The translations under genes and the position numbers were made by a program. From Candidatus Dadabacteria bacterium UBA1144 (GTDB lineage: Bacteria > Desulfobacterota_D > UBA1144), in contig DCAB01000012.1 in the NCBI GenBank assembly GCA_002311855.1, forward strand, positions 196,112 through 260,111: a stretch of DNA of 64,000 bases. The letters are read 5' to 3'. Positions within the stretch are counted from its first letter, which is position 1. Every line of letters begins with the position of its first letter. Below are positions 19,283 to 29,301 of the stretch, one piece after another. Under the pieces are notes generated by a model. That model saw only the letters and a program-made list of their open reading frames with translations. It was not told where the DNA came from and did no database searches.

Positions 19283-21706
19283 TTACTCTCTAATCTCCGC
19301 ATTAATTTCTTTTTGTAAATTAATTACTAATTGCTCGAATATCGATGAAACCTCATCATCTTGAAGGGTTCTATCGTCTGAGCCAAAAACTACAGATAAA
19401 GATAAACTTTTTTTATTTTTTCCTAATTTCGAGTCCTCAAATAAATCAAAAACAAAAGTATCTTTAATTATAGGAGAAGGGAAAGAACTTATAGTTTCAA
19501 GTATCTTTTGAGATTGAATATCTTTGTCAACAACGATTGACAAATCTCGTTGAGTGAAAGGAAAGTTACCAAAAGGACGCATAATTTTTTTGGGATTGAT
19601 AAAATTAGGAATTTTATCCACAAAAATGGTAGATAAAACTAATCCCTTTTTTATTTCATACTGACGTGAGACCTCAGGATGCAATTCTCCAATGTAACCA
19701 ATTAAATATTTATTAAAATAAATCATTGACGATTTTGCAGGGTGTAGAATATCATTATAAATTTTTGATAGTTCAGATTTAAAAACAATTTGCTTAATAT
19801 CTAATCCTAAAGATTGAAAAAACTTAAATAGTGAATTTTTTAAATCAAAAAAATCATCCTGTGATTTTTTCCAAAAAGGGTCGGAGGATTTATAGGAGCA
19901 GATAATTCCAATTTGCATACGTTGGCTAGGACCTAAATTATCATCAATGAAAATATTACCTATCTCAAAGAGCTTAAATGCTTCAAGGTTGTGATTAAAA
20001 TTATACAAAGCATTTTGTATTAAGGATGGGATCAAGCTCGTTCTTAAAAATTTTGCATCTTGTGAATGTGGATTTAAAATTTCGAATTTCTTCAATTTGG
20101 GAAATGAAGTTCGATCATTAGTGAAACTAAAGTTTATTACTTCAGAGAAACCTTCAAGAGGGAAAACCTCCCTTCCTTTTGTAGCAATATTTCGTAAATC
20201 AATTGTGGGATTAAATATCTTCTCTCGTAAAGGAATTCTGGGTAGCACCGGTGGTATCGAATCCAGGCCAATGATTCTTGCAATTTCTTCAATAAGATCG
20301 CAATCATTTAACAAATCAAATCTATAGGGCGGTAAATTAAACTTATAAAAATCATCTTTATTGGATATACAATCAATAGATAAAGATGAAAGGGTTTGAA
20401 TAATTTTGTTCTTTTTTAGTGATAAACCAAGGGTATTAAAAACTTTACTTAAATCAAGAGTGATAAAACGGCTATCTTTAATTCTAGGATTTGTATCTAT
20501 ATATTTTTTAACAATCGTTCCCCCACAAATAGTCGTTATTAAGTGTGCAGCATAAATCAAAGCGTTTGGTATTAAATGTTCTGATACTCTTCTTTCAAAT
20601 CTAAACGATGATTCAGTAGAAATGTTGAGACTCTTTGAGCTTAGACGAATAGTTGTTGGATTGAAGGATGCACACTCCAATAAAATATTTTTTGTTTTTT
20701 TATTAATGCACGATCTTTTGCCGCCAATAACACCAGCAAAAGCTATAGGTCCTTTAGAATCTGAAATTGTTATATGGCCTTCAGAATTTTTAAGATTATC
20801 ATCTAGTGTTTCAAAAGTATCTTTAACCTTTTTCGAAATATGAATACGATTTCCAATTATTTCATCAAAATCAAAAGCATGGATTGGATGACCAGTTAAA
20901 AACATAAATAGATTAGTTGAATCAACGATATTATTTACCGTATTAATGTTTAGTTTAGCCAATAAATTTCTAAGCCAAAATGGAGATTCTTGAATAAATA
21001 TATTTTCAATTTTTATTAATGAATACCGAATTGCATCTTTAGTATTAATATGAACAGAAATACCATCAATATCATCTGTTAATTTATAATGTTTTGTTTT
21101 TGTGTTTAATAATTTATCTGTAAAATTTATATTTAAAACTGCAGCAAGTTCTCTTGCAATGCCAACGAAACTTAAACAATCTCCTCTATTCGGTGCTACG
21201 GAAATGTCAAAAATGAAATCCTCTAATTGTGAAAGATTATTAATCTTAGTACCAATTTTAGTTTTAGGAGGAAGTATAAATATTTTATCTTTCTCAGAAT
21301 ATCCGACACTGAGTTCATCAAGAGAACAAAGCATTCCGTGCGATTCAAGTCCTCGGATTTTAGTTTTTTTAATCTTTATGCTATCTAGAGATTTGTCTAA
21401 GTTATTAAGTTGTGATCCAATTTGGGCAAGTGGTACTAAATCATTTATCTTGATATTTTGCGCTCCACAAACTACTTGTAACAAGTTCTCCCCCGTATCA
21501 ACAGTACAAATTGTTAATTTATCGGCATTAGGATGGGGGTCTATTGTTAAGATTTTTGCTGCAATTACCATAGGGTCAATTTGACTTAAATTGGAATGGG
21601 TTACGGATTCGACTTCAAATCCAATCTTTGTTAAAGTTTTCTCAATCTTTTGTGGATCAAGTTTTCTATTAAATATTTTTTCTAATTCGCTTAATGGAAC
21701 AATCAT
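19283..21706 (-). CDS. pheT: phenylalanine--tRNA ligase beta subunit
   Basis: 807 aa with tRNA-binding, B3/B4, B5 and FDX-ACB domains. Nothing in this window resembles pheS. Confidence 0.9.
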   Translation of the reverse strand: MIVPLSELEKIFNRKLDPQKIEKTLTKIGFEVESVTHSNLSQIDPMVIAAKILTIDPHPNADKLTICTVDTGENLLQVVCGAQNIKINDLVPLAQIGSQLNNLDKSLDSIKIKKTKIRGLESHGMLCSLDELSVGYSEKDKIFILPPKTKIGTKINNLSQLEDFIFDISVAPNRGDCLSFVGIARELAAVLNINFTDKLLNTKTKHYKLTDDIDGISVHINTKDAIRYSLIKIENIFIQESPFWLRNLLAKLNINTVNNIVDSTNLFMFLTGHPIHAFDFDEIIGNRIHISKKVKDTFETLDDNLKNSEGHITISDSKGPIAFAGVIGGKRSCINKKTKNILLECASFNPTTIRLSSKSLNISTESSFRFERRVSEHLIPNALIYAAHLITTICGGTIVKKYIDTNPRIKDSRFITLDLSKVFNTLGLSLKKNKIIQTLSSLSIDCISNKDDFYKFNLPPYRFDLLNDCDLIEEIARIIGLDSIPPVLPRIPLREKIFNPTIDLRNIATKGREVFPLEGFSEVINFSFTNDRTSFPKLKKFEILNPHSQDAKFLRTSLIPSLIQNALYNFNHNLEAFKLFEIGNIFIDDNLGPSQRMQIGIICSYKSSDPFWKKSQDDFFDLKNSLFKFFQSLGLDIKQIVFKSELSKIYNDILHPAKSSMIYFNKYLIGYIGELHPEVSRQYEIKKGLVLSTIFVDKIPNFINPKKIMRPFGNFPFTQRDLSIVVDKDIQSQKILETISSFPSPIIKDTFVFDLFEDSKLGKNKKSLSLSVVFGSDDRTLQDDEVSSIFEQLVINLQKEINAEIRE

Positions 21707-21872
21707 GTTATACCTAACTATGCTATTATACTACATTTTTTTTATTACATTCTCACTCTTTTTTTTACTAAATAATGAAACTAAGATATCAACATATTGT
21801 GGAAACATGTTGATAACGATTTCTTTAATGTATCTAATCCCCTGAAATCATTAAATAATTTAATTTTCATAC

Positions 21873-23264
21873 CTACTTCCCGATACAGAATTTGGAAAAT
21901 AATGCATCATAAATATCTTCGTTAGATACTTCCCCTGTTATTTTTCCTATTTCATTTAGAAACTCTCTAATCTCAAAAGATACAATCTCCATTGGACTCC
22001 CATCGTTAAATAATTTTAATGAATTTTGAATTGACATAATCCCCTTTCTTAGGTGTCTCACTTGTCTTTCAGTTGTTAATAGAGCCTCGTCAGAATCTAA
22101 ATTGTCTCCCATTTTTGATAATTCTGGTAATTTTTCAACCAATAAGTCCACATTTATGTTCTTTTTTGCAGAAATCTTTATATATTCGACACCTTCCTCA
22201 ATTAATTCATTTTCAATCTTCCATTTTTTGTCAAATCCATATATATCGCACTTATTTAATATATATATTTTTTTTCCACGTGGAATAAAGTCAAATTTTT
22301 GATCAACTAATTTTATATTGATGTCCGAATCCATTACGATAAGTACCAAATCAGAATAATCAACTTGGTCTTTGGCTTTTTGAATTCCAATATTCTCAAT
22401 TTCATTTGTAGTAATTCTCATCCCAGCTGTATCAGAAAAAACTATTTTTTTTCCATCAACGATTATTTGAGCATCTAACAAATCTCTAGTGGTTCCGGGG
22501 GTAGATGTAACGATGGCTTTTTCCTCGTTAATTATAGAATTCAATAGGGTTGATTTGCCAACATTTGGTTCACCTAAAATTAGCACCCTTAGCCCGTCTA
22601 TAATAAGTCTCCCTCTACGATATGTTTGCATTAGAAGATTAGATTGATTGATTAGATTCTGAAATTCTTCTTCAATAGAATTCTTGTCGAATTGAGGAAT
22701 TTCTTCTTCTGGAAAATCGACTCTAGCTTCAATTTCAGATAAAAGATTGATACCTAACTGCCTAAGATTATTGAATTTTTTTGTAATTGCTCCTGAAATA
22801 TTCTTAGTTGAACAACGTGCGGATGCTTCAGACTGAGAGGCGATTAATGTCGATATAGCTTCAGCTTTTAACAAATCAATTTTACCGTTTATGAATGATC
22901 TATAAGAAAACTCACCTGGTTCTGCTATTCTTGCTCCAAGATCTACAATGGTGTTTAAAACTGTGTTGGGAACAACAAATCCTCCATGTGTATGAAATTC
23001 TATTACATCTTGTCCTGTTAATGAATTTGGTGAGCTAAAAAAAATGCAAATTGATTCGTCAATAATTTCTCCTCGATGTACCAAATTCCCAAAATAGACC
23101 ATTCTATGTTTAAGGTCTTCGCTATTACAACTAGCTTTAAATAGTTTTAATGCAATTTTTTTGGAATCAGAGCCACTTATTCTAATAACCGAAATTGAAC
23201 CAGCTCCGGATGGTGTGCAAATAGCGCAAATAGTGTCATTAAGTAATTGAATTTTATTTCTCAT
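21873..23264 (-). CDS. mnmE: tRNA modification GTPase MnmE
   Basis: 463 aa: N-terminal THF-binding domain, G domain (GEPNVGKSTLLN, DTAG), C-terminal CIGK. Confidence 0.9.
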   Translation of the reverse strand: MRNKIQLLNDTICAICTPSGAGSISVIRISGSDSKKIALKLFKASCNSEDLKHRMVYFGNLVHRGEIIDESICIFFSSPNSLTGQDVIEFHTHGGFVVPNTVLNTIVDLGARIAEPGEFSYRSFINGKIDLLKAEAISTLIASQSEASARCSTKNISGAITKKFNNLRQLGINLLSEIEARVDFPEEEIPQFDKNSIEEEFQNLINQSNLLMQTYRRGRLIIDGLRVLILGEPNVGKSTLLNSIINEEKAIVTSTPGTTRDLLDAQIIVDGKKIVFSDTAGMRITTNEIENIGIQKAKDQVDYSDLVLIVMDSDINIKLVDQKFDFIPRGKKIYILNKCDIYGFDKKWKIENELIEEGVEYIKISAKKNINVDLLVEKLPELSKMGDNLDSDEALLTTERQVRHLRKGIMSIQNSLKLFNDGSPMEIVSFEIREFLNEIGKITGEVSNEDIYDALFSKFCIGK

Positions 23265-23326
23265 CTTAATCTAATAAGAATACGCTTTATTAATGTTAAC
23301 AACTAAAATTATATTAAATTTTTTTT

Positions 23327-23355
23327 TTGCGATATACTAGTCACTCTGCTATAAT
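23327..23355 (+). promoter_or_regulatory. sigma70-type promoter TTGCGA-17 bp-TATAAT upstream of the acyl-CoA dehydrogenase operon
   Basis: -35 at 23327-23332 and -10 at 23350-23355 with exact 17-bp spacing; a GGGAGGG RBS lies 7 nt before the ATG at 23400. Confidence 0.5.
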
Positions 23356-23399
23356 ACTTTGGTTTAATTACCCCCAATCACCACCTGGGAGGGCAACTA

Positions 23400-24545
23400 A
23401 TGGGTCTATGCTTTGATTTTTCTGAAGAACAAAATATGATGCGTGATGCAATTAAAACATTTTGCAAGGAAGAAGTTGAACCTCTCGTTGAAAATGCAGA
23501 AAAACAAGAATCTTTTCCTATCGAGTTGTATCCCAAGATGGCAGAGATGGGCTTATTAGGAATATGTTTCGATGAAAAATATGGTGGCTTGTCTCTTGAT
23601 AAGGTTACAGAGTGTATATTAGCCGAAGAATTGGGCAGAACATGCGCTGGGATAGCAAAAGGCGTAAATGCCCACGTTGACTTAGCATGCTTGCCCCTCT
23701 CTAAGTTTGGAACCGAGGAACAAAAAGAAAAGTATTTGGTCCCCTCAATATCCGGAGAACTGATTGGTGCACTCGCAATAACTGAACCAAATGCCGGTTC
23801 TGACGCAAGAGCAATAAAAACAAGTGCTACACAAGAAAAAGATAAGTGGATTTTAAATGGAACAAAGACATGGATTACAAATGGAGTAATTTGTAATTAT
23901 GTAGTTGTTGCAGCATATACAAACAAAGAAGATAGAAAAAATGGTATTAGTATTTTTCTAGTTGACAAGGATACTCCGGGGTTTTTAGTTTCAAGAAAAA
24001 TTGAAAAATTAGGACATAGGTCATCAGATGTAGCTGAATTGGTATTCGAAAATTGCGAACTTCCCAAAGATGCTCTTCTTGGAGGAGAAGAAGGAAAATT
24101 TCAAGCATTAATGGAGACATTGATAGCTGCAAGAATTTCACATTCCATAAAGAGCGTTGGCCTTGCAACTGCTGCATTTGAATATGCTTTAAGCTACTCA
24201 AAAGAAAGAGAAGCTTTTGGAAGAAAAATTAATAAGTTTCAAGGAATAAGTTTCAAATTAGCCCAGATGGCAACAAAAATTGAAACCGCAAGATTGCTTG
24301 GATATAAGGCCGCATGGCTCTACGATCAAGGTAGGCCTTGCGTTAAAGAGGCATCAATGGCCAAGCTTTACTCAGCCGAAGTGGTACAGTGGTGCGCCAC
24401 TGAAGGGGTTCAGGTTTTAGGTGGTTACGGATATGCAACTGAATATGCAGCTGAGAGATTTTATAGAGATGCCAAACTGGCATCCATCACTGAGGGCACA
24501 TCCGAGATTCAACAGATTATTATTGCTAGGGAGCTTGGAATTTAA
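23400..24545 (+). CDS. acyl-CoA dehydrogenase
   Basis: 381 aa with ACAD N, middle and C domains, a C-terminal catalytic-Glu region (ASITEGTSEIQQIIIAR) and a FAD site. Confidence 0.9.
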   Translation: MGLCFDFSEEQNMMRDAIKTFCKEEVEPLVENAEKQESFPIELYPKMAEMGLLGICFDEKYGGLSLDKVTECILAEELGRTCAGIAKGVNAHVDLACLPLSKFGTEEQKEKYLVPSISGELIGALAITEPNAGSDARAIKTSATQEKDKWILNGTKTWITNGVICNYVVVAAYTNKEDRKNGISIFLVDKDTPGFLVSRKIEKLGHRSSDVAELVFENCELPKDALLGGEEGKFQALMETLIAARISHSIKSVGLATAAFEYALSYSKEREAFGRKINKFQGISFKLAQMATKIETARLLGYKAAWLYDQGRPCVKEASMAKLYSAEVVQWCATEGVQVLGGYGYATEYAAERFYRDAKLASITEGTSEIQQIIIARELGI

Positions 24546-24591
24546 ATTATCTTTGTTAAGCTAAAAATAGAAAAGCAAAAGGAGATTTACA

Positions 24592-25803
24592 ATGGGAACA
24601 CAGATACCAAATGTTGATGACACTAGGGAATTACTTAAAAAAAATCAGATTGGGATTGTAGGAATAGGTGAAACAGAACAAGGAAAAATTCCAGGAAAAA
24701 GTTCTTTTGATTTTCTCTCCCATGCATCAAAGTTAGCAATAGAAGATGCCGGGATTCTCAAATCTGACGTGGATGGAATTATAACAGCCTTTTCTTTGGT
24801 TGAAGAAACTTTTATGCATTGTACAACTTTTGCAGACTACATAGGAATCAATCCTAAGTATTTTGAATCCATTGCTATAGGTGGGGCTACTGCTGTATGG
24901 ATGACAGCTGCGGCTGCGATGGCTATCAATTCTGGCCAAGCCGAAGTCGTCTTGTGTGCAAGAGGAGACAACACCCTTTCCGGAATTTCTTCTGCAGGAA
25001 TGATTGCCTTAATTAGAGAAATGTGTCATGGAGAATTTGAATATCCATTTGGTTTAACAACACCAGGGGGCTATGCTTTGCTGGCGCAAAGATATCTTTA
25101 CGAAACTAAAGGAAAGAGGGAACATTTGCACTCCGTTGCTGTAACAATGCGCCAACATGCCAAATTAAAGGAAAATGCTATGAATAAAGATGATTTATCT
25201 TTGGATGATATTTTAAACACAAGACTATTAGCTTCACCTCTAACAAAATATGATTGCTCAATTGTTACTGATGGGGGTGCTGCTTTTATCGTTACAACAA
25301 AGGCAAAAGCCAAAGAGCTTGGGATAAAAAGGGATCCCGTATATTTGCATGGAATGGGGCAAGGCTTTTCGCACCAATACTTAACCTCATGCGCAGATCT
25401 GAATCAAATTTATGGGGCAATAGAAACATCCGGAGAGAAAGCATTTAAAACAGCCGGCATGACAAATCAAAACGTAGACGTAACGTTTCTTTATGATTGC
25501 TTCACCATTACAACCCTACTAGAACTTGAAGGTCTTGGAATCGTTCCTAGGGGGCATGCGGGTGCTGCTGCACTTGAAGGAAGGCTCCACAAAGATGCGG
25601 ACATACCCCTGAACACTCATGGTGGACTGCTTTCGCAAGCTCACCTTGGAGCTATGCACCATGTTGTTGAAGCAGTTTTACAATTAAGGGGAGAAGCTGG
25701 GGAACGGCAAGTAAAGAGCCCTAGTACAGCCCTGGTTCACGGAAATGGAGGCATAGTTTCAGCGCATAGCACCATTCTTTTAGGGAACGAGCCACTAAGT
25801 TAA
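24592..25803 (+). CDS. thiolase-like protein of the SCP-x / lipid-transfer-protein (Ltp2) type
   Basis: 403 aa; thiolase fold lacking the classic biosynthetic-thiolase N-terminal motif, resembling non-specific lipid-transfer/DUF35-partner thiolases; followed by a DUF35 gene. Confidence 0.8.
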   Translation: MGTQIPNVDDTRELLKKNQIGIVGIGETEQGKIPGKSSFDFLSHASKLAIEDAGILKSDVDGIITAFSLVEETFMHCTTFADYIGINPKYFESIAIGGATAVWMTAAAAMAINSGQAEVVLCARGDNTLSGISSAGMIALIREMCHGEFEYPFGLTTPGGYALLAQRYLYETKGKREHLHSVAVTMRQHAKLKENAMNKDDLSLDDILNTRLLASPLTKYDCSIVTDGGAAFIVTTKAKAKELGIKRDPVYLHGMGQGFSHQYLTSCADLNQIYGAIETSGEKAFKTAGMTNQNVDVTFLYDCFTITTLLELEGLGIVPRGHAGAAALEGRLHKDADIPLNTHGGLLSQAHLGAMHHVVEAVLQLRGEAGERQVKSPSTALVHGNGGIVSAHSTILLGNEPLS

Positions 25804-25823
25804 TATTTCATAGGAGCTATAAA

Positions 25824-26249
25824 ATGTCAGAAGAGAAAATAGAATATCAAAAACCACTTCCTGATTTTAGACCTGAAACAAAACCATTTTGGGATGGAAC
25901 AAAGCAGCATAAATTGTTGTTGCCAAAATGCAAAGAAACAGGAAAGGTTTTTTTCTATCCAAGGGCTATTAGTCCCTTTCCTGAATCTGTTAACAGAGAT
26001 TTTGAATGGGTTGAATCAACAGGGAAGGGTAAAGTATGGACCTATTCTGTTCACTATATGGGACCAACAAGGGCCTACAAAGGTGAGGTTTACGTGGTAG
26101 CGCTCATTGAACTTCACGATGGAGTCAAGATGATGTCAAACATAGTAGAATGTGATCCAGAAAGTGTAACAATAGGAATGGAAGTAGAAGTAGTTTTTGA
26201 GGACGCGACAGAAGAAGTTACTTTTGCAAAGTTTAAACCAGTAAAGTAA
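25824..26249 (+). CDS. DUF35 OB-fold protein (ChsH2 C-terminal-like), rubredoxin cysteines absent
   Basis: 141 aa showing the expected DUF35 order of a short ribbon region followed by an OB fold (VWTYSVHYMG, VALIELHDGVKMMSNIVE). The N-terminal region has a single Cys instead of a Cys4 knuckle. Confidence 0.7.
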   Translation: MSEEKIEYQKPLPDFRPETKPFWDGTKQHKLLLPKCKETGKVFFYPRAISPFPESVNRDFEWVESTGKGKVWTYSVHYMGPTRAYKGEVYVVALIELHDGVKMMSNIVECDPESVTIGMEVEVVFEDATEEVTFAKFKPVK

Positions 26250-26259
26250 GGGGAAAACA

Positions 26260-26706
26260 ATGGATGACAAATTATTTTATGAAGATGTTGAAGATGGGGC
26301 GGAACATGAATCAAGTGGAAGAACCGTAACTGAGGCAGATGTAGTAAATTTTGCTGGGCTTTCCGCAGACTTTAACAATATGCATATCGATGAGGAGTTT
26401 GCTAAAAACACAGTCTTTAAAACCAGAGTTGCTCATGGGATGTGTGTATTATCAATAGCTACCGGGCTTTGGTTTACGATGCCAAGGTTAGCGACAGTTG
26501 CATTCATGGGATTGCAGGATTGGAGATTTTCTGGTGCTGTTAAGCCGGGAGATACAGTTAAAATAACCCGCAAACTGGTGGAAAAGAAAGAACACAAAAG
26601 GCCCAATATGGGATTTTTAAACTGGGAAGTCAACGTAGTTAATCAGACGGGGGATGTGGTTCAAAAGGGTATCTGGGTCATATTGGTGCAACGAAAAAAT
26701 GCTTAA
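26260..26706 (+). CDS. MaoC-like (R)-specific enoyl-CoA hydratase (hot-dog fold)
   Basis: 148 aa with VTEADVVNFAGLSADFNNMHIDEEFAKNTVFKTRVAHGM. Confidence 0.8.
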   Translation: MDDKLFYEDVEDGAEHESSGRTVTEADVVNFAGLSADFNNMHIDEEFAKNTVFKTRVAHGMCVLSIATGLWFTMPRLATVAFMGLQDWRFSGAVKPGDTVKITRKLVEKKEHKRPNMGFLNWEVNVVNQTGDVVQKGIWVILVQRKNA

Positions 26707-26849
26707 TGATAGTTTTCCCATATTATAATAAATCTAATGATTTAAATAAGTTAGGTGTAATCTACCTCCCTTTTTTTCTAAAAAAGTGTTGACTTTACTA
26801 AAGTAACTATGTTAAAAAGGTTAATAACCTTATAAAAGGAGGTAGGTAT

Positions 26850-27344
26850 ATGTTAGGATATGTACTTTTACTTGTAGGTTTCGTATTCTTTTGCAACGGT
26901 ATGACACTGTTGGGCAAGACTGGCGGAAAAGAAGTCGGTATGCTTAACGGTGCTGTAGCTATTCTAATTCTAGTCGCTGCATTTACGGGAGCTGGGCTTG
27001 GTCCAGATGGTGCAGCAACAACCGCACTTGTTTCCGTTTTTGCTTTGATTTACGTCATGGCATTTGCTGTTTTCACGCTAGGACATGATGGTAAAGGCCT
27101 TGGCTGGTATTGTCTTTTCGCTACCATAGTTTTCTTATGGTACGGGCAATTCTTCCTAAGTGTTGGAGCAATGGAATTAGGCCTGTTTAACATTGCATGG
27201 GCTGTCCTTACTCTTGTTGCATTCTTAGTTCTTGCACAAGGTAAAGCACTTGGAACTCTGTTAGCATATTTATTTATTGCAGAATCATTTGTAACACTAT
27301 TGATTCCTGGAATGAACATGCTTACAAAAGGGGTCCTTTTCTAA
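26850..27344 (+). CDS. AmiS/UreI-family channel (putative small amide/urea transporter)
   Basis: 164 aa, 6 predicted TM segments; the N-terminus MLGYVLLLVGFVFFCNGMTLLGK...GMLNGAVAILILV closely resembles UreI/AmiS N-termini. A strong RBS AAAGGAGG precedes the ATG. Confidence 0.7.
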   Translation: MLGYVLLLVGFVFFCNGMTLLGKTGGKEVGMLNGAVAILILVAAFTGAGLGPDGAATTALVSVFALIYVMAFAVFTLGHDGKGLGWYCLFATIVFLWYGQFFLSVGAMELGLFNIAWAVLTLVAFLVLAQGKALGTLLAYLFIAESFVTLLIPGMNMLTKGVLF

Positions 27345-27377
27345 AAGAAAGGAAACTTACTATAAAATTTATATGAG

Positions 27378-27409
27378 GGGCCAGTTTACTAACTGGCCCT
27401 TTTCTTTTT
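27378..27409 (+). terminator. rho-independent terminator after the AmiS/UreI-like gene
   Basis: GGGCCAGT-ttacta-ACTGGCCC followed by TTTTCTTTTT. Confidence 0.65.
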
Positions 27410-27525
27410 AATCTTACTGACAATTAGAAGTTGATATTAGTTCTTATGAAAGAGAATGTTCTTACCGATCCCGATTGTTAGTCTCCGGTTTTCAACTTTT
27501 AAGGGACCAAATATCTAGGAAGTGG

Positions 27526-28983
27526 TTATTTTTTCCCATACCATTTAGGCGAGGATCCACCCGTGAATATGCTTACATTTTTTATTCTTAAGTATTCGTC
27601 TATTCCTTCCAAACCTAATTCCTTCCCAACGCCGCTTTGTTTGAACCCACCATAAGTTGTTTCAGGGACAATTCCACCATAGGTGTTAATCCACAAATAT
27701 CCAGCGTCAATTCGTTTTGACACTCTTATTGCTCTGGAAATATCTTGAGTCCATATTCCTCCAGCCAAACCATAATCAGTATCATTAGCTAAATTAATCG
27801 CTTCGTCCTCATCATCAAAAGGTATCATAGCCACAACGGGGCCAAAAACTTCCTCTTTGAATAAGATGTTTTTGTTAGAATTAATTTCGATTAGGGTAGG
27901 TAAAAAATAGTAGCCCTTTAATTTTTTATTTTCCTCCCCCCCAAACAAAACTTTTCCGCCTTCTCTGATTCCAGCTTCAACATAGTGATGCACTTTATCA
28001 AAATGAGTCTTAGACACTAAAGATCCTATTTCTGTTTTTTTATTTTTTGGATCACCTTGGACAATCTGTGCTATTTTTTCAACAAATTTTTTCTTAAATT
28101 TTTTATAAATTTTTCTATTCACGATTAATCTCGTTACCGCAGTACAATTTTCCCCCTGATTAAAAAATCCTCCCCTAAGATTTGCCTCTAAACATGATTC
28201 GATATCTGCGTCTTCAAAGATGATATTTGGGGCTTTCCCTCCTAGCTCCAAAGAAAGCCTAGAAAGGTTTGCTGAACTTTCCTGCACTATTAATTTGCCA
28301 ACAGGTGTTGAGCCTGTAAAAGAAATTTTTGAAACAAGGCGGTTTTTAACGAGTGCGGTTCCAGCATCTTCTCCTTTTCCAGGACAGACATTGATAACCC
28401 CTTTTGGGACCCCACATTCTTCGCAGATTTTTGCTAGTTCAAGTGTTCCGTGTGGCGTAAGCTCAGAAGGTTTAACCACCATTGTGCAGCCCGCTGCGAG
28501 AGCCGGGGCCATTTTCCATGACGCCAGCAGCATAGGGAAGTTCCAGGGAAGTATTAGAGCAACAATCCCTACTGGTTCTTTGATGGTCAATGAAAGAAGA
28601 TCCTTGTTCAATACTTGTGAGTCACCATGAATCTTAGATGCAAGGCCTGCATAATATTCAAAGGTTCTAGCAACTCCGGCTATTTCTACCAATATGCTTT
28701 CATTGATTGGTTTTCCCGTTTCTTCGGTATTAATCAATCCTAAGTAGTCGGCTCGCTCTCTTATTTTCTCGGCTATTTTAAATAATATATTTCCGCGAAT
28801 GCTTCCTGGAGTTACGGACCAGGCATCAAATGCCCTGTGAGCAGATTGACAGGCTCTATCAATTTCATTTTTTGAAGCTAACGAAATTTCTTCAAGGGGT
28901 TCAAGGGTTGCTGGATTTTCCCTGATATATGAATTCTCTAACTCTACAAGCTCTCCATCTATTAGAGCAACGGACTTGCGCAT
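27526..28983 (-). CDS. NAD(P)-dependent aldehyde dehydrogenase
   Basis: 485 aa with the catalytic Cys region (QGENCTA), a Glu active site (LELGGKAP) and a Rossmann-type GSTPVGK motif. Confidence 0.9.
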   Translation of the reverse strand: MRKSVALIDGELVELENSYIRENPATLEPLEEISLASKNEIDRACQSAHRAFDAWSVTPGSIRGNILFKIAEKIRERADYLGLINTEETGKPINESILVEIAGVARTFEYYAGLASKIHGDSQVLNKDLLSLTIKEPVGIVALILPWNFPMLLASWKMAPALAAGCTMVVKPSELTPHGTLELAKICEECGVPKGVINVCPGKGEDAGTALVKNRLVSKISFTGSTPVGKLIVQESSANLSRLSLELGGKAPNIIFEDADIESCLEANLRGGFFNQGENCTAVTRLIVNRKIYKKFKKKFVEKIAQIVQGDPKNKKTEIGSLVSKTHFDKVHHYVEAGIREGGKVLFGGEENKKLKGYYFLPTLIEINSNKNILFKEEVFGPVVAMIPFDDEDEAINLANDTDYGLAGGIWTQDISRAIRVSKRIDAGYLWINTYGGIVPETTYGGFKQSGVGKELGLEGIDEYLRIKNVSIFTGGSSPKWYGKK

Positions 28984-29250
28984 TGAATTAATTTATCATG
29001 GAATGTGGTTTTAAGAAACCATTACTCTATCGATTGAGTTGCAGGGGCAAGGGAAAGTATTATAACAGTTCTTTTGTAGGTAGAGAAAACCTATTCAACT
29101 AGTTCACCATTCTCCCATGTTCCAGGCTCAAACTTGCAATCTGGACTAAGCCCCTTGTGTCCTGGGACAAGTTCACAAATTGTTCACAGGTGATTTTCAA
29201 CCTTAGAAATGCATTAAAAATAAAAAGACTTAAATTGGGTATTCGCTTAG

Positions 29251-29283
29251 GGAAGAAAAGGGCCCTTCTCGTAAGAAGAGCCC
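29251..29283 (-). terminator. rho-independent terminator after the ADC-like gene pair
   Basis: Minus-strand hairpin GGGCTCTTC-ttacga-GAAGGGCCC (29260-29283) followed by TTTTCTTCC (29251-29259), 20-40 bp past the stop at 29302. Confidence 0.55.
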
Positions 29284-29301
29284 TAAAATTACCAGTTGTT
29301 C

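Noticed and set aside
19086-21584. Several 70-160-aa plus-strand ORFs (e.g. 21102..21584, 20097..20327) inside pheT
   Set aside because: Antisense to an 807-aa conserved pheT; hydrophobic/low-complexity translations typical of AT-rich antisense frames.
28220-28630. 136-aa plus-strand ORF
   Set aside because: Antisense within the aldehyde dehydrogenase gene.
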